A stretch of DNA of 64,000 nucleotides from contig NC_058368.1 in the NCBI RefSeq assembly GCF_018350175.1, positions 147,438,001 to 147,502,000 on the forward strand, given 5' to 3'. This stretch comes from Felis catus. Its lineage: Eukaryota. Under the pieces are notes generated by a model. The model was not told the DNA's origin. It made no database searches and worked only from the letters and a program-made list of their open reading frames with translations. The position numbers were made by a program, and so were the translations under genes. Below, one piece after another: positions 37,226-51,445 of the stretch; positions within the stretch are counted from its first letter, which is position 1; each line of letters begins with the position of its first letter.

Positions 37226-38361
37226 TGGTCAGACTGTCCTATTGATTCTCTTCTAATCTTATGCTATATTGCTCTGGATTAAAACTAATCAATCTTTTAT
37301 ATTCTTAGGAATACTGAAGAGATAGTTGTCTTTGGCATTCTAACTTAGATACCTTTTATGAAATTTTGTTCAGGACACGAGATGCTGATTCGTAACTCAC
37401 CACTTACTATGTCTAGTCATCACCTTTATTTTATTTAAGAGAAACTGAGTTTTTTATACAATGGGTAGGGAACGTTTATCGGGCAATATAATAAATTATA
37501 TGACAAAGAAATCTATCATGTTTTTTTCTGAATTTCCAGGGTGTATAGGTGAACTTTTTAATTCTAGAAGGTGTGCTTATGTGAGCATTTCTTTCATAAT
37601 GTTTCATATCATTTAAAGAAGCCTCACATCTTATTTTTAATTAATTCCAGATGGTTTGCCTAAAATGTATATTTCATTGTCATTTAAAAAGACAAATAAT
37701 AACCTTACAGAGGACTTTTTAAAATTAATTAATATATCATATTACCTACTGATAAACTGTTCTTTGAGATGAAGCTATTTTAAGATAGCCTCCTGAGCAG
37801 TAAAAGTTTAGCATGTAACTGTGATAGTATCTCTCAGGCTCTAACCATCACCACAGGGGTATATATAGATATATACAGAATAAGGAAATAGGCGAAAACC
37901 TCAGAAGAATCTTAAAAGTATGACACCCAAAGCAAAGGGCATATCCAGGAGTCTAGGTAATAATACTAAGCTTCCATCATCAGGGTTTGTAAAAACCATC
38001 CTAATAACCACTGGCACCAAGACTATCCGTTCTACAAGGAAAAGGAAGTACTTGATAGGATGGAGAGAGCTGTGGACTCCATGGTACCTGCATCAGTCTA
38101 GGAGGTGCTTAGATGGGAAAAGGTGAAAAGAACTTGCCAGAAAACAGATTTCATCACTATCAAAGGAAGAACATTTGAATATTCAGAGCTGTCCAAAGAT
38201 GTCTAGGAGATGGTGAGTTCTGTGTCACACAGCTCTTCATGGAAAGATACATTTACATATGTTCCATGGCTTCTCTAGAAGCATGAAAAAATCCCCTTCC
38301 TTAAATTATACCAAGGCAAATGTAATATAATTTTTGAATATCATAGATAAGTTTCAAATAT

Positions 38362-38585
38362 GTTTTTAAGTTTATTTATTTTGACAGAGAGAGAGATGGA
38401 GAAAGAGAGCATGAGCACACTCAGGTGAGGATCAGAGAGAGAGAGGGAGACAGAGAATCCTAAGCAGGCTCCACTTCCAGCACAGAGCCTGCCTGACATG
38501 TAGTTCAATCTCACAACTGTGAAATCATGACCTGAGCCGAAACCAAGTGTCAGAGGCTTAACTGACTGAGCCATCGAGGCACCCC
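38362..38585 (-). mobile_element. CAN-SINE
   Basis: Ends in ctgagccatcgaggcacccc. Confidence 0.9.
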
Positions 38586-38631
38586 TGAAATATTTTTTAT
38601 TATGAGATTAAAAGTAATTTCTAACATTTGA

Positions 38632-38885
38632 GGTGGCTCAGTGGGTTAAGCATCTGACTTCAGCTCAGCTCACGATCTCACAGTTTGTGAGTTCGAGCCC
38701 TGCATGGGGCTCTGTGCTGACAGCTCAGAGCCTGGAACCTGCTTCAGATTCTGTGTCTCTCTCTGCCCCTCCCCAACCTGTGTATGTGTTCTCTCTCTCT
38801 CAATCTCTCTCTCTCTCTCTCTCTCTCTCCCCCCCTCCCTCCCTCCTTCAAAAATAAAAACATTTAAAAAAAACACATAAAAATA
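38632..38885 (+). mobile_element. CAN-SINE missing the first few head bases
   Basis: TSD aaagtaatttctaacatt / aaagtagtttctaacatt. Confidence 0.92.
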
Positions 38886-39385
38886 AAAGTAGTTTCTAAC
38901 ATTAAAATAAAATGCTGTTAAACTTGAATTTTAAAAAGAAATTATTAATTTAGAATTTGAAAGTAATTAGCTTCATGTTTACCGGTGCAATGATCTTTAA
39001 ATTATGATCCTTGTAGACATTTATCTAGATATTGTGTTAAAATTAATATTTATGTCCTAAAATTGAATTAATTACAGTTATTATAGGTTTTTAATTAATT
39101 TCTTAGGTCATTCTTCTGCAGTGTCAATGCCAATATTAAATTAAATACAAGTCTTTATGTAATATATGTGTCTGGGTTGGACACATACAGGTGTGCATAT
39201 ACATTTTGCAGTTGGGTTATTGAATAAATATGAAAAATTGTCCATAGATATGGCTGGATTTAGAGAAGGGATATATAAAAAAAAATCAGATTGCCATGCA
39301 TGCTAATTTAATTAATTGTATTCTTTCTAGGGAAAGCTTATCTGTCCATAAAAAATAGTTTAAAATAGTAATAAGAATAAATACA

Positions 39386-39605
39386 GGGACGCCTGGGTGG
39401 CGCAGTCGGTTAAGTGTCCGACTTCAGCCAGGTCACGATCTCGCGGTCTGTGAGTTCGAGCCCCGCGTCGGGCTCTGGGCTGATGGCTCAGAGCCTGGAG
39501 CCTGTTTCCGATTCTGTGTCTCCCTCTCTGTCTGCCCCTTCCCCGTTCATGCTCTGTCTCTCTCTGTCCCAAAAATAAATAAACGTTGAAAAAAAAATTA
39601 AAAAA
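39386..39605 (+). mobile_element. Young felid SINE (SINEC_Fc-like)
   Basis: CpGs retained; TSD aagaataaataca. Confidence 0.95.
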
Positions 39606-39683
39606 AAGAATAAATACAGTAACAAATAGGTATTACATATGTGCCCTTTGTTAAAATCTTTGCATAGTTTACTTATAAGAGAT

Positions 39684-40350
39684 CTCTCTCATCATTCCTG
39701 TTCAATATAGCACTGGGAGCTATTGGCAGAGCAATCAGGCAAGAAAAAGAAATGGAAGGCATCCGAAACAGAAAGGAAGAAGTAAAATTGCTTTTCCTTG
39801 TAAATGACATAATCTTTGAACTAAAAAATCCTAAAGAGTCCACCTGAACATTATCACAATAAACAAATTCAGTAATGTTGCAAGTTATAAAGTCAACATA
39901 CAGAAATCACTTTTGTTTCTGTACACCAACAAAATAATTGAATAAGAAATAAAGAAAACAATCCCATTTACAGTAGCTTCACAATGATAAAATACTTAAG
40001 AATAAATTTAACCAGGGAGGTAAAAAATCTCTGCACTGAAAACTATAAAACACTGATGAAAGAAATCTTAGGAAAACACAAACAGAAAGAAATTCTATGT
40101 TCATGGGTTGGAATAATATTACTAAAGTGGCCATGATACAAAGTCATGTATAGATTCAATGTAATCCCTATCAAAATTCCAATTACATTGTTCACAGAAA
40201 TAGATAAAACAACACTAAAATTCACTGGAGAAGACCCTAAACAGCTTAAGAAATTCTGAGAAAGAAGAACAAGGCTAGAGACATCACACGTCTGGATTTC
40301 AAATGTATTGCAAAGTTATAGTAACCTATATAGTGTGTTAGTGACATAAA
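39684..40350 (+). mobile_element. L1 ORF2 reverse-transcriptase fragment (decayed)
   Basis: Decayed coding for ...FNI..ARAIRQEKE..GI...KEEVKL..F.(N/D)D.I through KKNKA..IT..DFK. Confidence 0.92.
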
Positions 40351-42400
40351 ATCTTAGAGGAAAAGCTTTTAACATTTCACCATGGAATATGATGTTAGCT
40401 GTGGATATGATGTGTGGGCTTTGTCATGTTGAGACACGTTTCTTATTTAACCAAATTGTTGAGAGTTTTTATCATAAAATGATGTAGTTTTACCAAAAGA
40501 TTTTCTGCACTCAGTGAGAAAATCATATGATTTTATCTTTCACTCTATTAATGTGGTGGATCACTTCTGATTTTCATGTATTGAACCAACCTTACAAACC
40601 AGGAATAAATCCCACTTGATCATGGTGTATGATTCTTTTAATATGCTGTTGATTTTTTTTTAAATATTTGTTGGAATTCGATATTCATCTTTATATTCAT
40701 CTTTATTTTTCATTTCTGGAGGACATTTTTGCAATATACAGTAAGTAAGAGGAAATTTTTATTTTCGGTATTTGAATATACCATCCCATTCTTTCCTGAC
40801 TTGTATGGCTCTGCTGAGAAATCCTGACAAATGGGGGTTCTCCTGTATGTATTTTATTTATTTATTTTTTTGGCTTTAACAGTTTTATTAGAGAGTGACT
40901 TGAAAAAAATCTTTTTGAGTTGAATTTGGGAACTATGAGCTTCATGAATTTGGATGCCCAAATCTCTCCCCAGATATGAAAAATCTTCAGCCATTATTTC
41001 TTTAAATAAATGTTCTTCCCTGTTCTCCCTCCATTCACATTTTGAGACTCCAATAATTTACAGATTCTTTTTATGTCACCCATGGCTCACGTAAGGCTTT
41101 CTTCACTATTTTTTTCTTTGGGCTCCTATGAACTAGATAATTTCAAAAGTCTGTCTTCTAATGCACAAATTCTTTCTTCTGCTTGTTCTACCTTGTGATG
41201 TTCTCTATCGCATTTTTCATTTCATGTACTGTATTCTTTAGCTCCAGAGTTTTTTTGTTTTTATGATTTTTCTCTTTGTCCGACTTCCTTTTTTATCCAC
41301 ATATTTTTTTTCCTAATTTCAGTAAATTGTCTTTCTGTGTTCCCTTATAGTTCATTGACCTTCCTTAAAACAGCTATTTTGAATTCTTTATCAGGTAAAT
41401 TCTAGATCTTGATATTTTATCGTTGATTACTGGAAAATTATTACGTGGGTCAAGTGAGCAGAACTTAGGGGTTGCTTGTGGTCTAGTTGTGGGGAGACAC
41501 AGGCCTGGCGTCCCCAGTGGCTTGTGGGTGGGTATCCTAATGGAGTCTGTGAGAGCAGGTAGTAGGATCTGTGTTACTTTGTTACAGTCTGTTCCAAGTC
41601 CCAGCAGCTGTTCTTCCAGCTATGCAGCTCACAACTCAGTACTCTGGATGAGGCAAAAGAAAAATGGGTCTCCTTGGTATTATCCTTCACAGTTGGGGAA
41701 GCCTGGTGCTCACTCACACACTCACACTCTCCACCCCTACCCCCATGAGAAAAATCATGAGCTGAGAATGGTTGTCTCAGCACTGGCTTATGGTCTCTTG
41801 GAAGAGGGGTAATGTAAGTAAAGTCAAACTGTTACTCTTACCTTCTCCAACAAATCCAACCTCAGAGATTTTTGTTGTTCCAAGATGTGCTAGAACCTCT
41901 GTGCTGGACACCTGGAGTTCTACAAAAGACTTTCTTACCAGGGGTAACTGTATAAATCATTGTTCTTCAGGGGCTTTCAAACCATGGCTGTGAAGGACTA
42001 GAGACACTAGTCTCTAGGAAGGACTAGATGGGTCACTTCAGGGTGCACAGCCAGGACTAAGTTCTGTATACTTATTACCCAATGCATAGATGGGCAAGAC
42101 TCCTTCTTGGTTTCTTAGTATATGGTGCTGTTGATGGAACCATAGTCAAAGGAGTCTGTAGTCTAGTCTTCAGGACTATGGAGCTATTGCCAGCTCCATA
42201 GTCAGAACCATGGTTGCAAGTCAACCCACACCTGGGTGTGGGTCTGTATTCTTTGGCTGCGTTTGGTGTTTCACAATCTCCTACCTGGATCTCCAAACTC
42301 CAACAAAGGTACTTTTGTCCATGGATGGATGCAAAATTGTTCTTGTTGAGGGGAGAACATGAGTGAGGAATGCCTTATTTGGCCATCTTGCTGGAGTCAC
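40351..42400 (-). mobile_element. Old L1 (L1M-type): 5' UTR, ORF1 and part of ORF2, with an internal deletion
   Basis: Reverse complement of RIIHHDQVGFIPG at ~40600-40640 and of KAFPLR at ~40352-40370; ORF1-like SADFSAE...REWDG region at ~40780-40850; gccatcttg 5'-end motif at ~42382. Confidence 0.8.
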
Positions 42401-42739
42401 TCACTCCTATTATTTTATGTTGACTTTTTTAAAAAGATCATTTGCTAGGTATCAGTGATTTAATTGACACATAATCTTTGTCTATGAAAAATAAACCTTC
42501 CCATTTGAATTATGCACATTAAATCTGTAGTATATCTTGTTCTAAATGTGTATTCAAATCATGTGAACATATGTCTTTTAATATTTACAAAAGTTATTCT
42601 CACACCTGTAATTACTTGATTATTCCATGTTATAATAGAAAGTTTTAATATTTTCCAAAAAAATACCATCTTCCTGGGGTGTGTCCCTTTGTAATATGAC
42701 ATTGTTGGTACACCAATTATGAAATGGAGTCTATTTCTC

Positions 42740-43150
42740 TAACCTCTTATACCGAGATGGTCTTGATTCTCCTTTCTTTGGTCAATAGAATGCTGTGTGA
42801 GTTCTGGAGCCCAGGCCATAAGAGGCTTTGGGACTTATTCTGTCTCCATCTTGAAATCCTGAGATCACTATGTTTGGAAGAAGTGTAGCCAAACCTACTT
42901 GAGCATAAGAAGCCAAATGAAGGAAAACTTAAGTACCCCAGGTGACCCCAAAGTCCAGACATGTCTTTGAAGCCATTTGGACCATGCAGTCTAGTCTAGT
43001 CACCTTCCAGCTAGATGCAGCCACATGAGTGAGACTAGGCAGAACCAGTAAAGGAAATGCTCAAACGACTCTGAATTGTGAGAAATGGTAAATTGCTCTC
43101 ATTTCACACCACTAAGATGTTGTTTGTTACACAGCAATAGATAACTGATA
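42740..43150 (+). mobile_element. MaLR MLT1-type solo LTR
   Basis: tgtttgttacacagcaatagataactgata 3' end; gcagccacatgagtgag. Confidence 0.78.
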
Positions 43151-43220
43151 AATTTCCTTACTCATACTATATCGCATAATAGGACACAAGAAGTTATCGT
43201 AGGTGAAAATCAATCCAGAA

Positions 43221-43447
43221 TTTTTTTTTTTTTAATTTTTTAAATGTTTGTATTTATTTTTGAGACAGAGAGAGACAGAGCATGAGCAGGGGAGGGAAGA
43301 GAGAGGGGGAGACACAGAATCTGAAACAGGCTCCAGGCTCTGAGCTGTCAGCACAGAGTCTGACACAGGGCTCAAACTCATGGAGTGTGAGATCATGACC
43401 TTAGCTGAAGTCGGATGCTCAAACGACTGAGCCACCCAGGCGCCCCC
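43221..43447 (-). mobile_element. CAN-SINE
   Basis: Ends in gccacccaggcgcccc; ccagaattt on both flanks. Confidence 0.94.
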
Positions 43448-45761
43448 AGAATTTATTTTTAAAATGATACTATAAACATAGAACTGTACTAAGATGCACA
43501 ATAAGAAAAGTTAAAGAGAAATGATCTGTCAGCCAAATAGAATGTGAAATTTTATTTCTTATAGAAGGTACATAGTCAGTATTTTCAAATTAACAAAACA
43601 CACAATGAGGTATACCATTATCTAAGACAATTGCCCAGATTGCCTACAAAGAAAATGAGAAGATGAAAGTAATTATCCTGTTAAAGTAGATACTGTTTTT
43701 CAAAACTTCCTCAATTGAAAAAGAGACAGAATGAGTCGAGATTTGAGTCACCATACCGTGCATTAATTCTCTGATTCTTGGACAGCTGGAATCTAACAGC
43801 GTATGTTAATGCAGAGGACTCTGTATTGATTTAATTTATAACCTCCCTTTTGAAGATTCTAGGTCCTTTATGAGTTAATCCAGCAAATGTTGATTCCAGC
43901 TTATACTTGTTTTCAATGTATCATAGAAACCTCTTAATATTTAATCAATGTTTTCTAGGTACATTGACTCTCACAATTTACTTCTCTCTAAAGTGAACAT
44001 TCTCATCTCATGGATATTAACAGAACATGATAGAATGAATTTAACTTTCAATGATCCAAACATTTTGAAGGCTGCACCATGGAGGCACCATTTAGACTCT
44101 GAGTATCTCTAAGATTTAAGCGCAATCCCATTTATCACTGTGTTCCAGGGGCTAACATTTTGCAATTCTGTGGCAGAAGGCAGTTATTCAATAAATGTTG
44201 GCTTGTTGAATGAATGATCAAAGGATAATGACTATATCTAAATATTTATAGTCCTGATTCTTGGTAGCTATATGATTCCGAACTTACATGATCTGCCCCC
44301 TCCTTATGTATGTCCCATAACATAAGAAAAATATTGACATACACAGTTTTCCCAGGAAAATTAAAATATATTAAATGATACTTTTTGAATAAAAACTAGT
44401 GAGGGAAAATTATTTTCAAAACATAGGTACTGATTTTGTTTATCAAAACTTTGACATACACATATGTTATTGGAGGAGAAATAGAGTAGTAAATGGGAAA
44501 AAGTACTTCTAAATTGTAACATTTATACCAGAATGGAAAAATCTCTGCAAAAGTCTAGAACATATAAAAGGAAAACCTTTTCAGTTTTATTTCAGTATTA
44601 TTTTATTCCAGTTTTATTTAGTTTTATTCCAGTATTATTTCACCACTGTATCAGTTTCCATGGCCATGCTCTTTATTTAGGATTACTGACCTGTTATTCC
44701 TCCATTGCATAATCATGTACCTTTTTCTCCAGGAGGATAGGACACAGGGGCATCTCAAATAGAGAGATTTCCAGTACCCATTATCTTCCACTGTCCTATG
44801 ACTTTGAAAATGATTTCATCTCTAGATAGTTAAAAAAATTTTTTTCAGAACATATTGATTTGTAAAAGCACTCTGTGGTTTACTTGTTGAAAATGCACTT
44901 AGTACTAATAGCATGCTTCTTCTTTGCCCCTGATATTACAGAAACAGATCATTTTTCCAGAAATAAAGACAGAAATATTTTCATTTTGGAAGAGACTATC
45001 TTTTTCCTCCATGTATATTTCGATTGAGGCCTAAAATCTTTTAAGATTCATTGTTTAAAATAAATTAGCCTGCAAAATTAAAAAGTAAACATAAAAAATA
45101 GTAATGCTAATGAACATGACTAAGTATAATTCACAATTATAACAAAATATATGAAAATGATCTTTGGATGTTTAGAGGTAAGCTAATGGAAATATGTGTT
45201 CAAGATATCTTCATTGTTACATAAACTTTACTAGTTTAGGCTACTGCCAAATAATATACAATAAAAATATGTAGTAGGCAAACATTAGACATGAGTGATG
45301 CTATTCTATGATTAATTTTGCTATTTGTGGGATATAGCATTCTTCTATAAATAATCTCAGATTTGGGTATCCAAATACATAAAACAGAGCAAAGGTATAT
45401 TGAGTTACCATTTTCTGTACTAATTCTTTCCAGGGTTTCTCAGTATACTGCTATCACTGATCACACAGTACATATTCCTTACCCAAATGACTAAAAAATA
45501 AATCCAGAAGTATAATTGCAACTGTTCCTCCCCTTTTCTTGGGTAATCTCATTTTAAAGCAATTAGGAAGACAAAGTAAAGTTGGCTTTTAGATGGAAGG
45601 GAAGGGTGGCATGGGGAGTCAGTTCCCAACCCAGGTAGAAAGGGTGCCCTGCTGGAGAACAGCAGGCTTACACTGAAATTTTTGAGAGAGAAGAAAAGTT
45701 CTTTGCATGGTACTTGTAACTCTTCTCTACGTTTGAGGTTGTTTTAAAATGAAAATGCCAA

Positions 45762-45992
45762 GGGGCGCCTGGGTGGCACAGTCGGTTAAGCGTCCGACTT
45801 CAGCTCAGGTCACGATCTTGCGGTCCGTGAGTTCGAGCCCCGCATCAGGCTCTGGGCTGATGGCTCAGAGCCTGAAGCCTGCTTCCGATTCTGTGTCTCC
45901 TTCTCTCTCTGCCCCTCCCCCCTTCATGCTCTGTGTCTCTCTGTCTCAAAAATAAAAAACATTAAAAAAATTTTTTTTTAAAAAATAAAATA
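45762..45992 (+). mobile_element. Young felid SINE
   Basis: CpG-rich; TSD aaaatgccaag. Confidence 0.95.
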
Positions 45993-48834
45993 AAAATGCC
46001 AAGAAATATAATTATGGAACTTTGTGCTTGCTTAATTGCAATAAAATAAAAATAAATCTGATTTAAAAGTTTCAAATAATTGTCTAAACTGTAGATTGGA
46101 TATGCCCAATAAAACTTCTCATCAAGTGGTTTCTTTTTTTTTTTTTCTCCCACAAAGAAGCCTGACTACATTTTCAAATACTTGTTTAGATTATATGAAG
46201 ATGGCAGAAACCATTATTTATCCTGGATTTTAATGTATCATTGAGCAGTAAGATAGGTAAACAACTCAATGAATGCTGACTGACTGAAAATTATAAACTA
46301 TTAACACTCAATATGTATTGAAACAAGTAATACAATGCACACAGCCAGTTACTTCACAGTCTTTTGGAAAAAATCTAATCACAACTTTAAGCTTAGAAAC
46401 CTATTCCTTTTAGGCAGTCTTATTTTCTCTGTAACTTGGTATTTTGTATGTAGAAATAAAACTGTTAGAATGATTAAGGATTTTAGAAATGGATTAAATC
46501 AGACCATCGTTATGTGGTGATGGTCTTCAATGACATGAACTAAAAAAATAAGCAATGAGCGTAGATAATCTTGTGTTGACTGTGAAGTGTGATAGAGACA
46601 GAAACAGCCTACTTCTATCTCAGCATTTATTTGAGTAAACACAAGTGAACACAGCTCTACATTCTTTCTAAAAATAGAGCCATTTCTCAAAGGTCTGACC
46701 ACTTACGTATTTTTTGTTATAAACCTATTTATGGATCTCATATTTTTTCAGTTACAATGGATTTTTGTATGCAGTGATTGGTAGGTAAGAAGCTTAATAA
46801 ACTTATTTTAAAAAGTGTTTAACTTTATTATTTGCTTACACGTTTAATATCTTAGAATAAAAACAGATGAATTAAAACATGTGCTAAAACTCATTAGACA
46901 CTATGCATTTGAATAGTGTTCATATATGTGTAGAGCAAATAGTGTTAGGAGCTGAGGTTTATTTTCTGTAATTCTTCACTTACTTGGTAAGTGTGGTTGA
47001 TGAGATTATTTTTTTAAACAAATATTCAGTGTCTCTTCCCCACACTGTCATGAAAGAGTATATTTTCTTTTACCCAAAGATGTTGGGTTGGCTGTGTGAC
47101 TTTCTTTGGCTCCTGTGGTATTAGTGGAGGTGACGCAAGTAAAAGTTTGAAAACTGCTTTGAGGTTGGACTTGCTTTCTTGTGCTCTACCTTCTGCAGAG
47201 AGAACATACCTCAAATAGTTGTTGGCCCAAGGAAGGTTACATTCTTGTGAAGGAGGTAGAAAGAAGTGTCCCTTTATTCAGAGGTAGTAATACAATTAAA
47301 GTTCTTTATCAAGTAAGTACCATAATGTAGAGGGATCATAGGGAGAAAAGAAAAATCTGCAAATGGCAAAGACAGGAAAGGGAAGTTGGGAAGATGAAAA
47401 AGGGAAATTTGTAATAATACAAAGAATAGATATGGTAATGTCATCTAATTAGCAATTTTAGTCCAGACAGTTGCAGAAAAGTGTTACCACACACTCTAAT
47501 GTTGTATTATATATTCTGATACATTATAACATCAAAATATAAAAAAAATATGGAAACTTACATTCTTTCATCCCCTTATATACATAACAGTCTTGAAGTC
47601 GATGCTGATGCATCTGTTTACATTATCCATATAATTATTCTAACTCTCCACTTCCATTTCTTATTAAAAATCTAATTCAACTAAAAATTGAAGGGGATAC
47701 ATATTGACACTAATTGGTAAAAAAAAGTCTGCTTTGGAAATTTAATTTTGAATATAATCTGAAGAGCACAAGTGATTATGTGTGATATTAAAATTTAATA
47801 TCAATATTGCATTATTCCATTATCAAATTATCACTTAAATGAGCCTGGATTGGATTTATTAATTTGATATATGGGATTTCTTTGCAATATTTTTCTCAAC
47901 AATTACTGAGGTACAGTATATGAGATTTTAATTAATATATGTAATCTTTATAAGGCAGTTTAAGTTCTTAAATTTTCATGTTTTTCTTCTGTTTATAGGC
48001 TTTTCTCCAACTTTTAAGATTCTTCTATCATTCATTAAATCATTCAAGTAAAATTTTTGACATATTCAAGTTTCTTACTATAGAAGGCTGACAGATTAAA
48101 AAAAATCATCTCATTAATTAAATGCACAAAAAACATCATTCAATTTTTTTCATTGATTTTGTGATGGTTTTAAATTAAGTTTATTCATTCACCAGGTATT
48201 GACTGCCTTTTGTGCATTAGGCATTGTTAAGAGGCGGCAGAACAAAATATTTAGCAAAACTATGTAATATTTTGGCTTTCATGGAACTTAAAATCTAGGT
48301 AAGGACAGATAATTAACCTAAAAATTTCACAAATGAAAATTTTGCCTGTTGGTCAGTGCCACAAAGGAGAAGTACATAATAAAATGAGAATCCCTTGACT
48401 TATTTAGCCAGGGAAGATTTCCATGAAGTGGTGAATGAGCTGAGGTCTAAGAAAGTAGATGCTAGGTCACAAGGGGATAGTCATCATATTGTATGCACAT
48501 AGGAAACCATATGTGAAATGGTCCTAGGCAGGAGAAATTGCTGGGATATAAACTGGGGAAGGGACAAATAGCTACTACCATTGTGTGTATGGGTCTAGAG
48601 TCAATGAGAATAATATTGCAAACACAAATCCAATTTAAAAAGGCTATCATTTTGGTTATAATTTCATATTATAATTTGGTGCTATGCTAGAACCATAGGC
48701 CATAGCTGGTATTTTTCTTCAAAGTCAAAATTACGCAGCATGGGAATTACCTCAAGTCAGTAGACTGCTTTGCTCATTTCTTTGATTCTGGCTGTGTATA
48801 GCAAAGAGAATCTTTGAAGCATATGGTGGGAATG

Positions 48835-49285
48835 GCTTGTTTATTGTTAAAACAATGCTGTATAACAACCTACCCTCAACATCCAATGGCTTAGAACAGC
48901 TATGCAGTAAGTATAGTTCACAAATACACAGGTAGGCTAGATGATTCTGCTGGCCTCAATTGGACTTACTCTTGGGTCTCTGACCAGCACTTTATCTGCC
49001 AGAAGGCTCTTATGATCTCTTCTGGGCCTTTGTACATTTCTGTTGGCTATTAGAAAGCAGCCTTAGCTGGAACAACTAGGGTGATTCAGCTCTGTACCAG
49101 TTGCCTTATCTTCCAGCAGGCTTGGCAAGAGAGAGGCAGCAAGAGAGGAAGCCACTACTTTCCCAGTGGCTGGAACAAGTTACATGACAAGAACCAGAGT
49201 CAGTGTAGAGAGGATTACCAAAAGGCATGGGTGATGAGACTGGTGAAAAATTGGGACCATTAATTGAAATTATCAACCACACATG
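48835..49285 (-). mobile_element. Old MaLR/ERVL-type LTR fragment
   Basis: tgctgtataacaacctaccctcaac...atggcttagaacagc. Confidence 0.55.
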
Positions 49286-50811
49286 ACATCTGGAGCAGGA
49301 ACTGTAGTATCAGTAAAACAGGAGCACTCTGCTTTTAGTGAGTTTTCTAATAGGTTGTAGAGCCAGATAATGAAACCCCAAAGTCAGTGTGGCTGGAGCA
49401 CAGAAAGCCAACGCTGGCAAAGCGGGAGTCAGACTGGAGAGGTTGGTCCGATGGGGAGTCTTCTTTCTGAAGAGAGTGGAATTTTTTTTCCTGAGTGAAT
49501 GTATAAAATAAACAATAAACTTTCCTATTAGGGAAAAATTACAAATTTACAGAGAAACCATAATTAGTTTCTTTGGTATGTAATATTCCAAGAATAAGAC
49601 TGAAATTTAATCATTCTAATGAAACAAAAAATATAAAAATCTCATTCTAATACATAAATCTACAATTTGACCTTAATTTAAATACCCTTTTCTTCTGATT
49701 CTTTGATGTTTTTAAATGGAAAAGAATTTTCCTATTAACTTCAGTACAAAAGCTGATTTGTTTTGTTTAAAATAGTTCAATTTGTTATCTGTTTTTAGTT
49801 TTTATGCTTATGATAAAATATGAGGTTTATATGGCTTATTACTCTTTTAGTTTTCCCAAAGTGTATTATCTCATTTTAATATCTTTTGATTCTCAACAAT
49901 GCTTACTTTTGTTGGATTTCATGATATTTTTGAAGTATGATATACATGTAGAAAAGTGCACAGAACATATGGAGACAACTCACTTATCAAATTGAACGTA
50001 GTTGTATAAGCAATGCCTCAATCAAGAAATAGAATATTACCACTGCCTCAGACACAATTCATTCATTCTCTCCCAAGAACTACCACTCCTTCCCCAAAGG
50101 CAGCCTCCATTCTTATTTCAATCACCATTAACTAGTTCTGCTTTTTTGAACTTTATGCAAGAAGAATGATATAGTCTGATTTATCTTGGTCAACTTTGTG
50201 TTTGTAAGCTTAATGCATGTTTTATGTAGCAGTATTTTATTGGCTTGAATTCTTGGATAGAATCCTAGACATGAATACACTATGACTGATGTATTCTATC
50301 ATGGATGAACATTGGTTATTTCCAGTTTTGTGGTTATAATAAAATGGTGCTTTATTTGTAATCTTGTACATGCCTCTTAGTATAGATGTGTGTACATTTT
50401 CAAGAGTCATATACATATGACTACATACTTAGGAGTACTGGATTTATGCCTTTCAGTACATACCTAAGAAAATTGGAGGGTAGATATACCTATGCTGTAT
50501 ACCAAGGAATAGTGGGAAAATACAAGAATATTAAGTTCACCTACAGTATATAATGCCAAATAGTTTTTTAGGGTGGGTGTTACTTATTTTCCCTTCCTCC
50601 AGCAATGTATATTTTTATTATTTCAGTTACTCTCAAACACTGGTACTGTCAGCCTTTATATAAGCCATTAATTTATTTTATCCATTCTGATACCTAAATA
50701 GTTAAATATAATTGAAGTTTTACTTTGTAATTCCCTGGCAAGGAAACAGGCTAAACACCTTTAATTTTGTTGTTGGACATTTGGATATCCTTTTTCCTTT
50801 CGTTTTGCTGC

Positions 50812-50846
<35 letters not shown>

Positions 50847-50882
50847 TGTGTTGTTTTGTGTTGTTTTGGTTTGGTTTTTTTT
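50812..50882. repeat. (TTG)n microsatellite with degenerate tail
   Basis: Direct reading. Confidence 0.9.
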
Positions 50883-51445
50883 GAAGCACATCTTTAAGTC
50901 ATATTTTGCTTTTAGATTGTCCATTTTGTAGTGACTTTTTCTTTTATATTGTATGTCTTTTTGTTATTGATTACAGGAGTTTAAAAATGTATTCTGTGTT
51001 TGAGTCCTCTACTGGGTATTTGTGGTATGAGTGTCCTTTCCCAGCGTGTGGCTGTACTTTCATTCTTTTATTGGAGTATTGATGAACAGAGTTCTTAATT
51101 TTAATGATACCCAATTTCCCAGTCTTTCCTGTTTGGTACTTATTATGTCCTATTTAAAATATCATTGCTTACCCCAAGATCTTCAGGATACTCAATTTTT
51201 TTCTTCTAAAATTATTTTACCATCCATAATTAGATTTAGAGCCTATCTGGAATTTATTGGATTTTGTATATATACAATCCAGTCTTCTGCAAAGAAAGAT
51301 AAATTTATTCAGTCTTTTAAACACTAATACATTTTTCTTGCTTTATTATACTGAAGAGGGCCTCTGGTAAAATATTAAATAAAAGTAAGCACAACAATGA
51401 ATCTTTTTCATTCCCATTCTCAAGGACAAAGCTTTCAATTTCACA

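Noticed and set aside
39684..40350. Functional reverse transcriptase or retron-like system
   Set aside because: Decayed L1 ORF2 with frameshifts, stops and a mutated FADD motif; no long ORF in the track.
41423..41812. 129-aa ORF
   Set aside because: Lies antisense within the old L1 5' region, lacks an ATG start and has no recognisable homology.
45749..45955. Recurring ORF family (GAWVAQSVKRPTSAQV...)
   Set aside because: These are translations of SINE copies, not a gene family.
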